Source: Deltaproteobacteria bacterium
GTDB taxonomy: Bacteria > UBA10199 > DSSB01 > JACPFA01
Direction of reading: 5' to 3'
DNA length: 64,000 bases
NCBI GenBank assembly: GCA_016183235.1
Contig: JACPFA010000021.1
Coordinates: 33,596-97,595 of the forward strand
Shown: positions 46,315-55,390 of the stretch, in pieces
Layout of the letters: every line of letters begins with the position of its first letter
How positions within the stretch are numbered: position 1 is the stretch's first letter
Translations under genes and position numbers: made by a program
Notes under the pieces: generated by a model
The model's input: the letters and a program-made list of their open reading frames with translations, nothing else
Database searches by the model: none
What the model was told of the DNA's origin: nothing

Positions 46315-47348
46315 AGTATAAAATCGGGTTCATTGGGTTTACGGGATTCGATGGTTCCAATTTCGAAGGCTTGTTCGCCTAAACCTTGTAGCATGCTGAT
46401 GCAATCTTGGGTGTCTTGGGCGCTGACAATCAAAATCATTCCAATGCCGCAATTAAAAACTCGGATCATTTCGCTTTGTTCGACTCGGCCGTGTTTTTGT
46501 AAAAAATCAAAAATGGGTAAGACCGGCCAAGAACCCCAATTGAGATGGGCCTTGCAGGATTCGGGTAAAACTCGAGGGATATTTTCGATCAATCCTCCAC
46601 CGGTGATGTGGCAAATGCCATACAGGGGGTAGTGGTTTTTCAAGTGGAGGATGGGGTTGACGTAAATGCGAGTGGGTTCTAATAAAATGCGGCCCAAGGG
46701 TTCGGTAAACCCAGGATAGGTTTTGTGAACATCGAGCTCTGCGCTGGCAAGAATTTTGCGCACCAATGAAAAACCATTGCTGTGCACCCCGCTGGAGGCA
46801 ATGCCGATGATCTTGTGGCCAATGGCGATCGAGCTGCCATCGATGATATCTTTGCGATTGACCACGCCCACGGTAAAGCCGGCTAAGTCAAAATCGCCTT
46901 CGTGATAGACCCCGGGCATTTCGGCGGTTTCACCACCAATGAGGGCGCAGTTGATGGCCTTGAGCGACTCCGTCATGCCGCGAATGAGTTCTACCGAGCG
47001 TTCGGGTTTTAATTTCCCAGTGGCAAAATAATCTAAAAAGAAAAGCGGTTCGGCGCCGGTGCAAAGCACATCATTTACACACATGGCGACCAAGTCTTGG
47101 CCTAGGCCACTTAAATAATTGTATTCGATGGCAAGCTTGAGTTTGGTGCCAATGCCATCGGTAGAGGCCACCAAAACCGGTTCTTCATACTTTAATTTAT
47201 TGATGGAAAAGAGGCCTGCGAAACCCCCGATGCCAGTTAAAACCTCGCGGCGCTGGGTGGTTTTAATGAGGGGTTTGATGGCTTCTACAAAGGCATTACC
47301 AGCGTCGATATTGACACCAGCCTCACGGTAAGTGATGGGTTTGTCCAT
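46311..47348 (-). CDS. purM: Phosphoribosylformylglycinamidine cyclo-ligase (AIR synthase)
   Basis: 345 aa. TYREAGVNIDAGN, TDGIGTKLK and DYFATGKL motifs. 4-nt overlap with purN. Confidence 0.9.
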   Translation of the reverse strand: MDKPITYREAGVNIDAGNAFVEAIKPLIKTTQRREVLTGIGGFAGLFSINKLKYEEPVLVASTDGIGTKLKLAIEYNYLSGLGQDLVAMCVNDVLCTGAEPLFFLDYFATGKLKPERSVELIRGMTESLKAINCALIGGETAEMPGVYHEGDFDLAGFTVGVVNRKDIIDGSSIAIGHKIIGIASSGVHSNGFSLVRKILASAELDVHKTYPGFTEPLGRILLEPTRIYVNPILHLKNHYPLYGICHITGGGLIENIPRVLPESCKAHLNWGSWPVLPIFDFLQKHGRVEQSEMIRVFNCGIGMILIVSAQDTQDCISMLQGLGEQAFEIGTIESRKPNEPDFIL

Positions 47349-47386
47349 AAATAATTTTAAATAAAAACAATAGGTTATTATTGATT

Positions 47387-47459
47387 GTCATTGCGAGGAG
47401 TCAGCGACGAAGCAATCTCACACAATTAAGAGATTGCTTCGGCCTCGCCTCGCAATGAC
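47387..47459. repeat. Palindromic element, family A
   Basis: GTCATTGCGAGGAGTCAGCGACGAAGCAATCTC-loop-GAGATTGCTTCGGCCTCGCCTCGCAATGAC. Confidence 0.8.
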
Positions 47460-47509
47460 AGAGTCTTTAACACCGGTTACCGAAAAATTTTTTATCGTTA
47501 AGATAAACG

Positions 47510-47538
47510 GTGACAAGATTCTGACAACCTAGTACAAT
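47510..47538 (+). promoter_or_regulatory. Possible sigma-70 promoter of the kinase/EBP operon
   Basis: GTGACA, 17-nt spacer, TACAAT, about 110 nt upstream of ATG 47650. Sequence match only. Confidence 0.25.
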
Positions 47539-47649
47539 TTTACCCAGGTAGTTCTTACATAGTTCCTCGGGTCTGGGTTTAAACCGTAACTGTACCAAGT
47601 TTCATAAGGCTTTTTTCCGGCTTTTGAAAGCATTTTTCGAGGTATCTTC

Positions 47650-48771
47650 ATGAGTATGGCACAAGACAAGCTTGATCATAGGGTGGCAGAGCTTGAACGC
47701 TTGGTGGAAATTCTTTCTCGCGGCAAATATCTTTGGGAAAAAACCTTTGATGCCATTGTTGACCCGGTTTTGGTGGTGAGCGAACATTATAAGATCGACC
47801 GAGCTAATCTAGCCCTAGCCGCTAGTAGCGGGCAAGCGGTGCAGACCATCATTGGGAAAAAATGTTACGAGGTCTTTGCGCATCGCACGGGCCCATGCCC
47901 CCGGTGCCCCATGCAACGTCAGCAAGGTAAATCAAACCTCGATGCCTTTTCCGATGGCCGTGAATTTTTGGCGTTTAGCTATCCCTTGCCTCCGCACCCC
48001 ACGAGCCCTGAAAAACATTATGTGGTGCATTACCAAGATGTAACCCGGCTTAAAGAATTAGAAGAACAACTGATTCAGTCAGAAAAATTGGGGGCCATTG
48101 GCTTGTTGGCCGGCGGGGTGGCCCATGAAATCAATAATCCTTTGGGGGGTATTTTGGCCTTTGCCCAATTGGCTAAAAAAGAACTTGCTGCGGAAAGCCA
48201 GATTTATCAAGACCTAACCGAGATTGAACACAATGCCTTGGCTTGTAAACGTATCATCGAAGATTTACTTGCCTTTGCAAGGCCGGCTTCGAAGCTAGAA
48301 AAAAAGGCGGTTTCGCTTTCTAAAGTTATGGAAAAAGTTTTGAGCTTAGTGCGTACGCAGTGGAAAGATTCAAAGATTGAAATTAAAAATGAAATGCCCA
48401 CCCAGTTACCCAGTGTGTTGGGCAATGAAAATCGCTTAGAACAAGTATTTTTGAATTTGCTCACCAACGCCTGCCAAGCGGTGAATGGCCAGGGTTGGGT
48501 GAGAATCTTTGCCGAATCCCTAAAACACGAGGTGATGATTGGGTTTGAAGATAATGGTGCAGGGATTTCATCCGAACATTTGCCTAAAATTTTTGACCCT
48601 TATTTTTCTACTAAGGCACGGGGCCAAGGCACTGGCCTAGGGTTATCGATTACTTATCAAATTATTCAGGCGCATAGTGGCAAAATCGAAGTGCAAAGCA
48701 AACTTGCTGCGGGGACTTTATTTAAAATTTATTTGCCAAAGTCTATTCGTGCAGTAGGAGGTGGCCGGTGA
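47650..48771 (+). CDS. Soluble sensor histidine kinase (Cys-rich PAS-like input + HisKA + HATPase)
   Basis: 373 aa with no TM segment. H-box GVAHEINNPLGGI, N-box NLLTNACQA, G-boxes DNGAGI and GTGLGLSI. The input region has KCYEVFAHRTGPCPRCP. Confidence 0.85.
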   Translation: MSMAQDKLDHRVAELERLVEILSRGKYLWEKTFDAIVDPVLVVSEHYKIDRANLALAASSGQAVQTIIGKKCYEVFAHRTGPCPRCPMQRQQGKSNLDAFSDGREFLAFSYPLPPHPTSPEKHYVVHYQDVTRLKELEEQLIQSEKLGAIGLLAGGVAHEINNPLGGILAFAQLAKKELAAESQIYQDLTEIEHNALACKRIIEDLLAFARPASKLEKKAVSLSKVMEKVLSLVRTQWKDSKIEIKNEMPTQLPSVLGNENRLEQVFLNLLTNACQAVNGQGWVRIFAESLKHEVMIGFEDNGAGISSEHLPKIFDPYFSTKARGQGTGLGLSITYQIIQAHSGKIEVQSKLAAGTLFKIYLPKSIRAVGGGR

Positions 48772-49742
48772 ATTTCCCAGAAATTATTGGGCAATCGCAA
48801 CCCATGCAAGAAGTCTTTGCGCTCATGCGGAAGGTGATTGAATCCGATAGTACGGTTTTGATTTTGGGTGAGTCGGGCACGGGTAAAGAGATGGTTGCTC
48901 GGGCAATCCATGAGCGGGGGAGTCGCTGGGCCTTTCCACTGGTGACGGTGAATTGCGGGGCCATCCCAGAAGGGTTATTAGAATCAGAGTTGTTTGGGCA
49001 CGCTCGAGGTTCTTTTACCGGAGCCATTGAAAACCATCGTGGAAAATTTGAAGTAGCCAATCACGGCACCTTGTTTTTGGATGAGATTGGCGACATGAGC
49101 CCTAAACTACAAGTCAAGTTGCTGCGGGTTTTACAAGAAAGAAAAATTGAAAGTGTGGGGGCTAATAAATTAGTCGAAGTTGATGTGCGGGTGATTGCAG
49201 CCACCCATAAAGATTTAGAAAAGGTGGTGCAAACAGGGCATTTTCGTGAAGATTTGTATTATCGCTTGAATGTTATCCCCATACCCGTGCCGCCCTTGCG
49301 TGATCGCAAAGCCGACATACCCTTACTCTTAGAATATTTTTTAAAAAAATATGCCCAAGAAAATCAGTTGGCCGAACCCGTGCTCGGCCCTGAAGTCATG
49401 GCCTTACTTTATTCCTACACTTGGCCGGGCAATGTGCGGGAGTTGGAAAACTTTGCTGAACGGGTGGTGGTGCTTTATCCCGGGGCTGTGCTGAAGGCTC
49501 AAGATATTTTGCAAAAATTTTTAAAAGGGCCCACCAGCGTTATGACATCCGTGCAAATTTCAGATGAAGGGATATCGTTCAAAGAGGTGGTGAGTGATTT
49601 TGAAAATGAACTCATTGCCAAAGCTTTGGAAAGAACGGGGGGCAACAAAAACAAGGCCGCTCACTTGTTACATTTAAATCGCACCACGTTAGTGGAAAAA
49701 ATTAAAAGGCTCAATCGAGGTAACCATGACATCAAGCCCTAG
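48768..49742 (+). CDS. Sigma-54 enhancer-binding protein lacking any N-terminal regulatory domain (AAA+ + Fis-type HTH)
   Basis: 324 aa. Starts directly at IIGQSQPMQEV. Walker A GESGTGKE, sigma-54 contact loop GSFTGA, GTLFLDEI, C-terminal HTH GGNKNKAAHLLHLNRTTL. GTGA overlap with the kinase stop. Confidence 0.85.
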   Translation: MNFPEIIGQSQPMQEVFALMRKVIESDSTVLILGESGTGKEMVARAIHERGSRWAFPLVTVNCGAIPEGLLESELFGHARGSFTGAIENHRGKFEVANHGTLFLDEIGDMSPKLQVKLLRVLQERKIESVGANKLVEVDVRVIAATHKDLEKVVQTGHFREDLYYRLNVIPIPVPPLRDRKADIPLLLEYFLKKYAQENQLAEPVLGPEVMALLYSYTWPGNVRELENFAERVVVLYPGAVLKAQDILQKFLKGPTSVMTSVQISDEGISFKEVVSDFENELIAKALERTGGNKNKAAHLLHLNRTTLVEKIKRLNRGNHDIKP

Positions 49743-51156
49743 TACTAAAAAAACCACATCCTTGTTAATTGTCGACGATGAAGAATCGATTGTTAAAGTT
49801 TTTCAACGGGTGGCTAAAAACGAAAAGTTAAGCTGTGCGGCTTGTAAAAATGGCATTGAGGCCATGGATTATTTGTCGAAACACGAAGTGGAATGTGTGT
49901 TGCTCGATATTAATTTGCCCAAATATTCTGGGTTTGAAATTTTAGAATACGTCAAATCAACCCAACTCAATACCGAAGTTATTTTGATTACTGGTTCAGG
50001 CAGCGTGGAGAATGCCGTAAAGGCCTTGAAAGCAGGGGCCTATGATTATTTAACCAAACCTTTTGATTCGCTCGATAAAGTCACCTTGACCTTACGCAAT
50101 GCAATTACCAAATACCGTTTAGTGATGAAGGTTAAATCACTAGAAGAAAATACCGAAGACGTGGATAGTTTTGAAGGGATCATGGGTCGCTCTAAACCTA
50201 TGCAAGAGATTTATCGAATTATTAAGAATATCTCGATTGCCAACTCCAGCGTGTTGATTCAAGGCGAATCGGGTACCGGCAAAGAATTGGTGGCCAAGGC
50301 CATTCATCAAACCAGCAAGCGTAAAAATAATCCCTTTGTGGTAATCAATTGTGCAGCGATCCCCGAGGGTTTGTTAGAGTCAGAACTTTTTGGCCATGCC
50401 AAGGGTTCTTTCACCGGGGCCTATTATGACAAAAAAGGGCTTTTTGAAGAAGGTAACCACGGCACCGTATTTTTAGATGAAATTGGAGAAATCCCGCAAA
50501 GCATTCAGGTAAAATTGTTGCGGGTGTTGCAGAATGGCGAAATTAAACCCGTAGGCGGCAACGACAATAAACACGTGGATGTGCGGATTATTGCGGCGAC
50601 CAATAAAGAGTTGTTGGAAATGACCAAGGCGGGGACTTTTCGGGAAGACTTGTATTACCGCTTGAATGTTATTGGCATTAATATGCCCAGCCTCAAAGAG
50701 CGGGCCGAAGATATTCCCCTGCTATGCCAGCATTTTTTGAAAAAATATAATGAAAAGACGGGCAAAAATATTACCGGGTTTTCGATTGATAGTATGCAGG
50801 CTTTGCAAAGTTACCACTGGGTGGGGAATGTACGGGAGTTAGAAAATACGGTGGAACGCAGTGTGGTGCTAGCTACCGAAGACCAAATTAAAGCCAAAGA
50901 TCTGCCAGTGAAAATTTTGTCTTCTACTTTTTATATGTTGGATGACAAAGAAGAAGATCTCACCAAGTTTTCTTATCAAGATGCCAAAACGCGGGCCCTG
51001 CATATTTTCAATAAAACCTATATTAAAAATATTTTGCACCAAGCCCGGGGGAATATTTCAGTGGCGAGCGATCGGGCGGGGATGGACAGAAGTAATTTTA
51101 AAAAGATTGTGAAAAAATACGATATTGATGTGAACGAATTTAGGAAATCGAGCTAA
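49726..51156 (+). CDS. NtrC-family response regulator (REC + sigma-54 AAA+ + HTH)
   Basis: 476 aa. Canonical receiver (IVDDEE, VLLDINLP, ILITG, LTKPF), then GESGTGKE, GSFTGA and an HTH. 17-nt overlap with the previous gene. Confidence 0.9.
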   Translation: MTSSPSTKKTTSLLIVDDEESIVKVFQRVAKNEKLSCAACKNGIEAMDYLSKHEVECVLLDINLPKYSGFEILEYVKSTQLNTEVILITGSGSVENAVKALKAGAYDYLTKPFDSLDKVTLTLRNAITKYRLVMKVKSLEENTEDVDSFEGIMGRSKPMQEIYRIIKNISIANSSVLIQGESGTGKELVAKAIHQTSKRKNNPFVVINCAAIPEGLLESELFGHAKGSFTGAYYDKKGLFEEGNHGTVFLDEIGEIPQSIQVKLLRVLQNGEIKPVGGNDNKHVDVRIIAATNKELLEMTKAGTFREDLYYRLNVIGINMPSLKERAEDIPLLCQHFLKKYNEKTGKNITGFSIDSMQALQSYHWVGNVRELENTVERSVVLATEDQIKAKDLPVKILSSTFYMLDDKEEDLTKFSYQDAKTRALHIFNKTYIKNILHQARGNISVASDRAGMDRSNFKKIVKKYDIDVNEFRKSS

Positions 51157-51158
51157 AC

Positions 51159-52523
51159 ATGCAACTGCAAATGCCACAAATTTTGTGTTGGGATGGAAAG
51201 AATGCTTTTTCAGAAGCGCTTCTGCAACAGTTGAAAATAAAGGGCTTGGTGGTTACCTGTGTGCCGGTTGATGAACTCTTGGCCAAGGTGGTGAAGGGTT
51301 CATATGATGGGATGGTGTTAAATTTTGCCGAAGAACCAACCCAAGTGGAATTAGCTTTGATTCAAGAATTAAAAGAAATGGATGATCAAATCCCTATCTT
51401 TGTGTTGACACCCACAGCCCCGGTGGCAACGGCAGTTGAATTTATGAAGCAAGGCATTACCGATTTTTTGATCTTGCCTACCGGTGTAGAAACTTTGGGC
51501 GATCGTTTGCTTCACCAAGCCCATCGCTATCGCTTGACTAGGCGAGTTTATCAGATGGAGCCTAAGTTACAGCCCGTGGGCAATTTCATGGGTATTGTGG
51601 GACAAAGTGAATCGATGTTGCAATTATTTGAGACTGTCGAAACCGTTGCTAAAACCAAGGCTACGGTTTTGGTTTTAGGTGAATCGGGGGTGGGCAAAGA
51701 ATTGGTGGCCGCAGCCATTCACCATCTCTCGACCCGCAACACTCATCGCTTTATCGATATTAATTGTGGGGCCATTCCGCATGAGTTGTTAGAAAACGAA
51801 TTGTTTGGTCATGAGCGGGGGGCTTACACGGGGGCCGAGCGGCGTTACATTGGTAGCTTTGAACGGGCGCAAGGCGGCACACTTTTTCTAGATGAAATTT
51901 GTGAAATGGATCTGGCCTTGCAAGCCAAGATATTACGCGTGTTGCAAGAAAAGCATTTTTTTCGTGTGGGGGGCAATGAAGAAGTCGAAGTGGATGTGCG
52001 GGTGATTGCGGCCACCAATCGCAATATTGAACAAGAGGTGAAGGCCGGGCGCTTTAGAGAAGATTTGTATTACCGTTTGAATGTGATTCCCATGAATGTG
52101 CCGCCGTTGCGCGAACGGCGGGCGGATATTCCCTTATTAGCCAAACATTTTTTGATTCGTTATGCGCGGGAGCAAGAAAAGATTATGCATGAAATTCATC
52201 ATGAGGCGATTGAAGCATTGGTGAGTTATGATTGGCCTGGTAATGTGCGAGAGTTGGAGAACACCATTCAACGGGTGGTGGCATTATATAATGACAGCAC
52301 GGTGAAGTTAAAGCATCTACCGCTGGAGATTCGTAAAAAACGTAAAGTTGTAGAGATCAAAAGTTCAGAGACAAAAATTAGCCCGCTCGAAGAAGTTGAG
52401 AAGGCGGCCATTGCGGAGGCGTTGCGGCATTTAGAGGGCAACATGGTCATGGCGGCCAAACTGCTCAATATTGGGCAGGCCACCCTTTATCGCAAAGTGC
52501 GCAAATACGGAATCGAGCGCTAA
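51159..52523 (+). CDS. Sigma-54 enhancer-binding protein with degenerate (pseudo-)receiver domain
   Basis: 454 aa. The receiver-like N-domain lacks the acidic pocket and the phospho-acceptor (MVLNFAEEP in place of xxxDxxMP) and has no Lys in LILP. The AAA+ core is intact (GESGVGKE, GAYTGA) and the HTH is GNMVMAAKLLNIGQATLYRK. Confidence 0.85.
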   Translation: MQLQMPQILCWDGKNAFSEALLQQLKIKGLVVTCVPVDELLAKVVKGSYDGMVLNFAEEPTQVELALIQELKEMDDQIPIFVLTPTAPVATAVEFMKQGITDFLILPTGVETLGDRLLHQAHRYRLTRRVYQMEPKLQPVGNFMGIVGQSESMLQLFETVETVAKTKATVLVLGESGVGKELVAAAIHHLSTRNTHRFIDINCGAIPHELLENELFGHERGAYTGAERRYIGSFERAQGGTLFLDEICEMDLALQAKILRVLQEKHFFRVGGNEEVEVDVRVIAATNRNIEQEVKAGRFREDLYYRLNVIPMNVPPLRERRADIPLLAKHFLIRYAREQEKIMHEIHHEAIEALVSYDWPGNVRELENTIQRVVALYNDSTVKLKHLPLEIRKKRKVVEIKSSETKISPLEEVEKAAIAEALRHLEGNMVMAAKLLNIGQATLYRKVRKYGIER

Positions 52524-52535
52524 CTCTCCCTCCAT

Positions 52536-52785
52536 GTCATTGCGAGCCCAACGGGCGTGGCAATCTTCCTTTCTTAGCCACGTCTTTTCGAGGTAGGGAG
52601 AGGCCAAGTGAGAGCCCGCGCCCGGTCGGCCTACTCAGGCTAAAAAATTTTTTGTTTTTAATTGAATTAGAGTATTCCTCTGTCATCCTCTAATTCAAAA
52701 AAAACAATAAAATTTTTTAGCCTTCGTACGTCCGACCTTTAGCGCTAAAAGGCTCTCCCTTGACCTCTCTCTACCTCGAAAAGAC
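52536..52785. repeat. Composite repeat cluster (family-A half-element + nested palindrome related to 24507-25105)
   Basis: The half-element GTCATTGCGAGCCCAACGGGCGTGGCAATC comes first. Arms GTCTTTTCGAGGTAGGGAGAGG.. (52582) pair with ..CCTCTCTCTACCTCGAAAAGAC (52785). These enclose inner arms and the GAATTAGAG/CTCTAATTC core. The flanking TTCTCTGCAAATATTTGAGAGATAT resembles 24867-24892. Confidence 0.7.
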
Positions 52786-52862
52786 TTCTCTGCAAATATT
52801 TGAGAGATATGAGGTGCGGGGATTTGCTTATTTATTGATTGCGTAAGGGTGAGGGGCTGGGT

Positions 52863-53954
52863 ATGGGTCATTATTGTATGCCGGCTAAAATTTCTCATCT
52901 TTATGCGGTGATCATGGCAGGGGGGAGCGGGACCCGGCTCTGGCCTTTGTCGCGTAAAAATCATCCCAAACAATTTATGCGGATGGGGCAAGAGGGGTCT
53001 TTGTTTGAAGGGACCTTACAAAGATTGGCTGGATTAGTAGAGCCTAAGCAGGTTTGGGTGGTGTGTGGCGAGGTGCATGCCAAGGTGATTCGTGAAGAAA
53101 TACCTCAAGTAACACCTGAACAAATCTTGGTTGAACCTGAAGGTAAAAATACGGCACCGGCCCTGGCCTTGGCAGCCAAAGTCTTGGCCGATCGCGACCC
53201 TGAAGCCATGATGCTGGTGATGCCGGCGGATCATTACATTCCCATGCATGAAAATAAAAAATTTACTGCCTCTATTTTAAGGGCGGTGGAATTGATAGGC
53301 CAACGGGATGGGTTGGTGACCTTTGGGTTAAAGCCGGCCTTTCCGGCGACCGGTTATGGTTATATTGAACGGGATCGGCCCTTGGGCGTGGTGGGGACTT
53401 ATCAAGTAAAAAAGTTTCATGAGAAACCCAATGCTAGTTTGGCGGCCCTCTATATTAGGCAGGGGCGTTATTTGTGGAACAGTGGGATTTTTCTTTTTAG
53501 AGCCACAACTTTTTTAGAAGAGCTAAGCTTGCATAGCCCTAGTTTGGGTGAACTATTTAGTCAATTGGATACAAAACAGGAGTTTTATGGCCAATTATCG
53601 GCGCTTTATGCCAAGGCTGAAAATATTTCGGTAGATTATGCGGTGTTTGAAAAATCTAAACGAGTAGGGGTGGTAGAAGTTGATTTTGCCTGGAGCGATG
53701 TAGGGGCCCTCGATAGTTTGGGAGATTTTTTAGTTAAGGATGAAGCGGGCAATGCGACGAGTGGTGAAGTGGTGGTGTTGGAGAGTCGTAACAATATCCT
53801 TTGGTCGCAAACTCGCCTAATTGCCGCGCTGGGGGTGGAGAGCCTGGTGGTGGTGGAAACGCCCGATGCTATTTTGATAGTACCCAAAGATCGGGTTCAA
53901 GACGTTAAAAAAATGGTGGAACATTTAACGGCACAAAAGAAGCCGCAAGTTTAA
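52863..53954 (+). CDS. manC: Mannose-1-phosphate guanylyltransferase
   Basis: AVIMAGGSGTRLWPLSR nucleotidyltransferase motif and EKP...SGIF. No PMI domain. Start is ambiguous (ATG 52863 or 52878; the track start is TTG 52839). Confidence 0.8.
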   Translation: MGHYCMPAKISHLYAVIMAGGSGTRLWPLSRKNHPKQFMRMGQEGSLFEGTLQRLAGLVEPKQVWVVCGEVHAKVIREEIPQVTPEQILVEPEGKNTAPALALAAKVLADRDPEAMMLVMPADHYIPMHENKKFTASILRAVELIGQRDGLVTFGLKPAFPATGYGYIERDRPLGVVGTYQVKKFHEKPNASLAALYIRQGRYLWNSGIFLFRATTFLEELSLHSPSLGELFSQLDTKQEFYGQLSALYAKAENISVDYAVFEKSKRVGVVEVDFAWSDVGALDSLGDFLVKDEAGNATSGEVVVLESRNNILWSQTRLIAALGVESLVVVETPDAILIVPKDRVQDVKKMVEHLTAQKKPQV

Positions 53955-53955
53955 T

Positions 53956-54285
53956 ATGGAAATAACGCAAAGTCAGATGGGTGATTATTGTGTGATTAGG
54001 CTGTGCGGCAATATTGATGCGGCTCACACGCCTAAGCTTAAAAAATTTTTCAAACAAACTCAAAATGCGCCATCCCAAAAGGTCATTTTAGATATGGCCG
54101 AGGTTGAATTTGTCGATTCTACAGGGTTGGGGGCCTTTATTTCTTTTTTTAGAAATTTAAAAGAAAACAACGGTGTTTTTAAACTGGCTTCGCTTTCTGA
54201 CCAAGTGCGCACTATTTTTGAAATTACCCGGCTTTATCGAGTGTTTGAAATTTATGATAGCCTTGAAGCGGCTTTAAATTCATGA
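53956..54285 (+). CDS. STAS-domain anti-sigma-factor antagonist (SpoIIAA/RsbV-like)
   Basis: 109 aa. VDSTGLGAFI contains the conserved phosphorylatable Ser/Thr position. Confidence 0.8.
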   Translation: MEITQSQMGDYCVIRLCGNIDAAHTPKLKKFFKQTQNAPSQKVILDMAEVEFVDSTGLGAFISFFRNLKENNGVFKLASLSDQVRTIFEITRLYRVFEIYDSLEAALNS

Positions 54286-54303
54286 GTGAAGCTGATGTCG
54301 TGT

Positions 54304-54403
54304 ATGGATCCTCAGGTCTTAGCCCGGGATGACGCAATGCCGTCATGCCGGACTTGATCCGGCATCCATTCATTCATTGTGAGGAGGAACGACGAAGCAA
54401 TCT
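54304..54403. repeat. Composite insertion: family-C hairpin plus family-A half-element
   Basis: ATGGATCCTCAGGTCTTAGCCCGGGATGACGCAATGCCGTCATGCCGGACTTGATCCGGCATCCAT (54304-54369) is followed by CATTGTGAGGAGGAACGACGAAGCAATCT. Confidence 0.7.
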
Positions 54404-54457
54404 TTTGATATCAGCGTTACTTCTACTGCGAAAATTGCTTCGCAAATTAAAAAAGTT

Positions 54458-55285
54458 TTGCGATGGATCGGTGCGCAGCGCGGGTATCAACATTTATCCC
54501 CCTTGATTAGCCAAGATCTGAGAATAGCCTTACAAGAAAGCCTCGCCAATGCCTTTCAGCACGGCTGTTGTCATCAGCAACGCCCCGCCCAAGTTAAAAT
54601 TGGGTTAACTGCTAAAAAAATTATTTTAGAGGTTTTTGATGCTGGGCCGCCTTATTTGCTGCGGCCCAAAACAACTATGGCTTTGATCGAACATGGGCGG
54701 GGGTTGGGTTTGATTTTGCAAGCGATGGATCGTTGTGAGTTAAAACGAAGGGGTCAGGTCAATACTTTAATCATGGTCAAAAGTTTGGTGCCGAAAAAGA
54801 ACATTGATTTATTTGTGGAACTGATTGAACGGCTTAATCAGAGGTTGCGAGAGCGCCGTGCCGTAGCGGATTTATATCAATTTTTTCTCGAGTTTATTGG
54901 TTATGCTTTCAATGTTAATCGGGCAAGTCTTATGATTCTTGAGGCCAAGAGCCAGCAACTTCAAATGGTAGCCAGCCTAGGTTACAAGCCGAACCTGATG
55001 CAAAAAATTGTGGTTAAGCCAGGGCAAGGGATTGCAGGGCGAGTATTTTCAAAAGGGAAAGCAGAATTGATGCGACATGCTCCCAATCCTCGTTACCAAT
55101 CTGAGGCGTCACTTTCAGTGCCCATCGTAGCTTCACCCTTGAAGATTGGGGAAGAGACTTTAGGGGTAGTCAATATAACCGACCGTCGCGGAGGCATGCC
55201 ACTTAAATCAGAAGATATTAAGTGGTTATATGCCATGGCAAGTCAGTTGGCGGCGGTAATTAAGATAAGGGAATTATTAAAATGA
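54458..55285 (+). CDS. RsbW/SpoIIAB-like anti-sigma serine kinase fused to a GAF domain (5' end apparently disrupted)
   Basis: N-box QESLANAFQHG, DAGPPY and GRGLGL form the HATPase core, followed by a GAF-like domain (VNRASLMIL...GIAGRV...LSVPI...GVVNITDRR). The same frame is open from 54383 but has no start codon before TTG 54458. Confidence 0.7.
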   Translation: MRWIGAQRGYQHLSPLISQDLRIALQESLANAFQHGCCHQQRPAQVKIGLTAKKIILEVFDAGPPYLLRPKTTMALIEHGRGLGLILQAMDRCELKRRGQVNTLIMVKSLVPKKNIDLFVELIERLNQRLRERRAVADLYQFFLEFIGYAFNVNRASLMILEAKSQQLQMVASLGYKPNLMQKIVVKPGQGIAGRVFSKGKAELMRHAPNPRYQSEASLSVPIVASPLKIGEETLGVVNITDRRGGMPLKSEDIKWLYAMASQLAAVIKIRELLK

Positions 55286-55310
55286 CAATGTTGGGTTAAG
55301 AATGAAATGA

Positions 55311-55375
55311 ATGGATCCCGGGTCTAGCCCGGGATGACGTAATGCCGTCATGCCGGACATTGATCCGACACCCAT
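55311..55375. repeat. Palindromic element, family C
   Basis: ATGGATCCCGGGTCTAGCCCGGGATGACGTAATGCCGTCATGCCGGACATTGATCCGACACCCAT. Confidence 0.7.
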
Positions 55376-55390
55376 ATATGACATACAACT

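Noticed and set aside
47657-47672. TGGCAC-AAGAC-AAGCT, a sigma-54-like match
   Set aside because: It lies inside the first codons of the histidine kinase gene (MSMAQDKLD), with nothing downstream to transcribe. The -12 element is weak (AAGCT).
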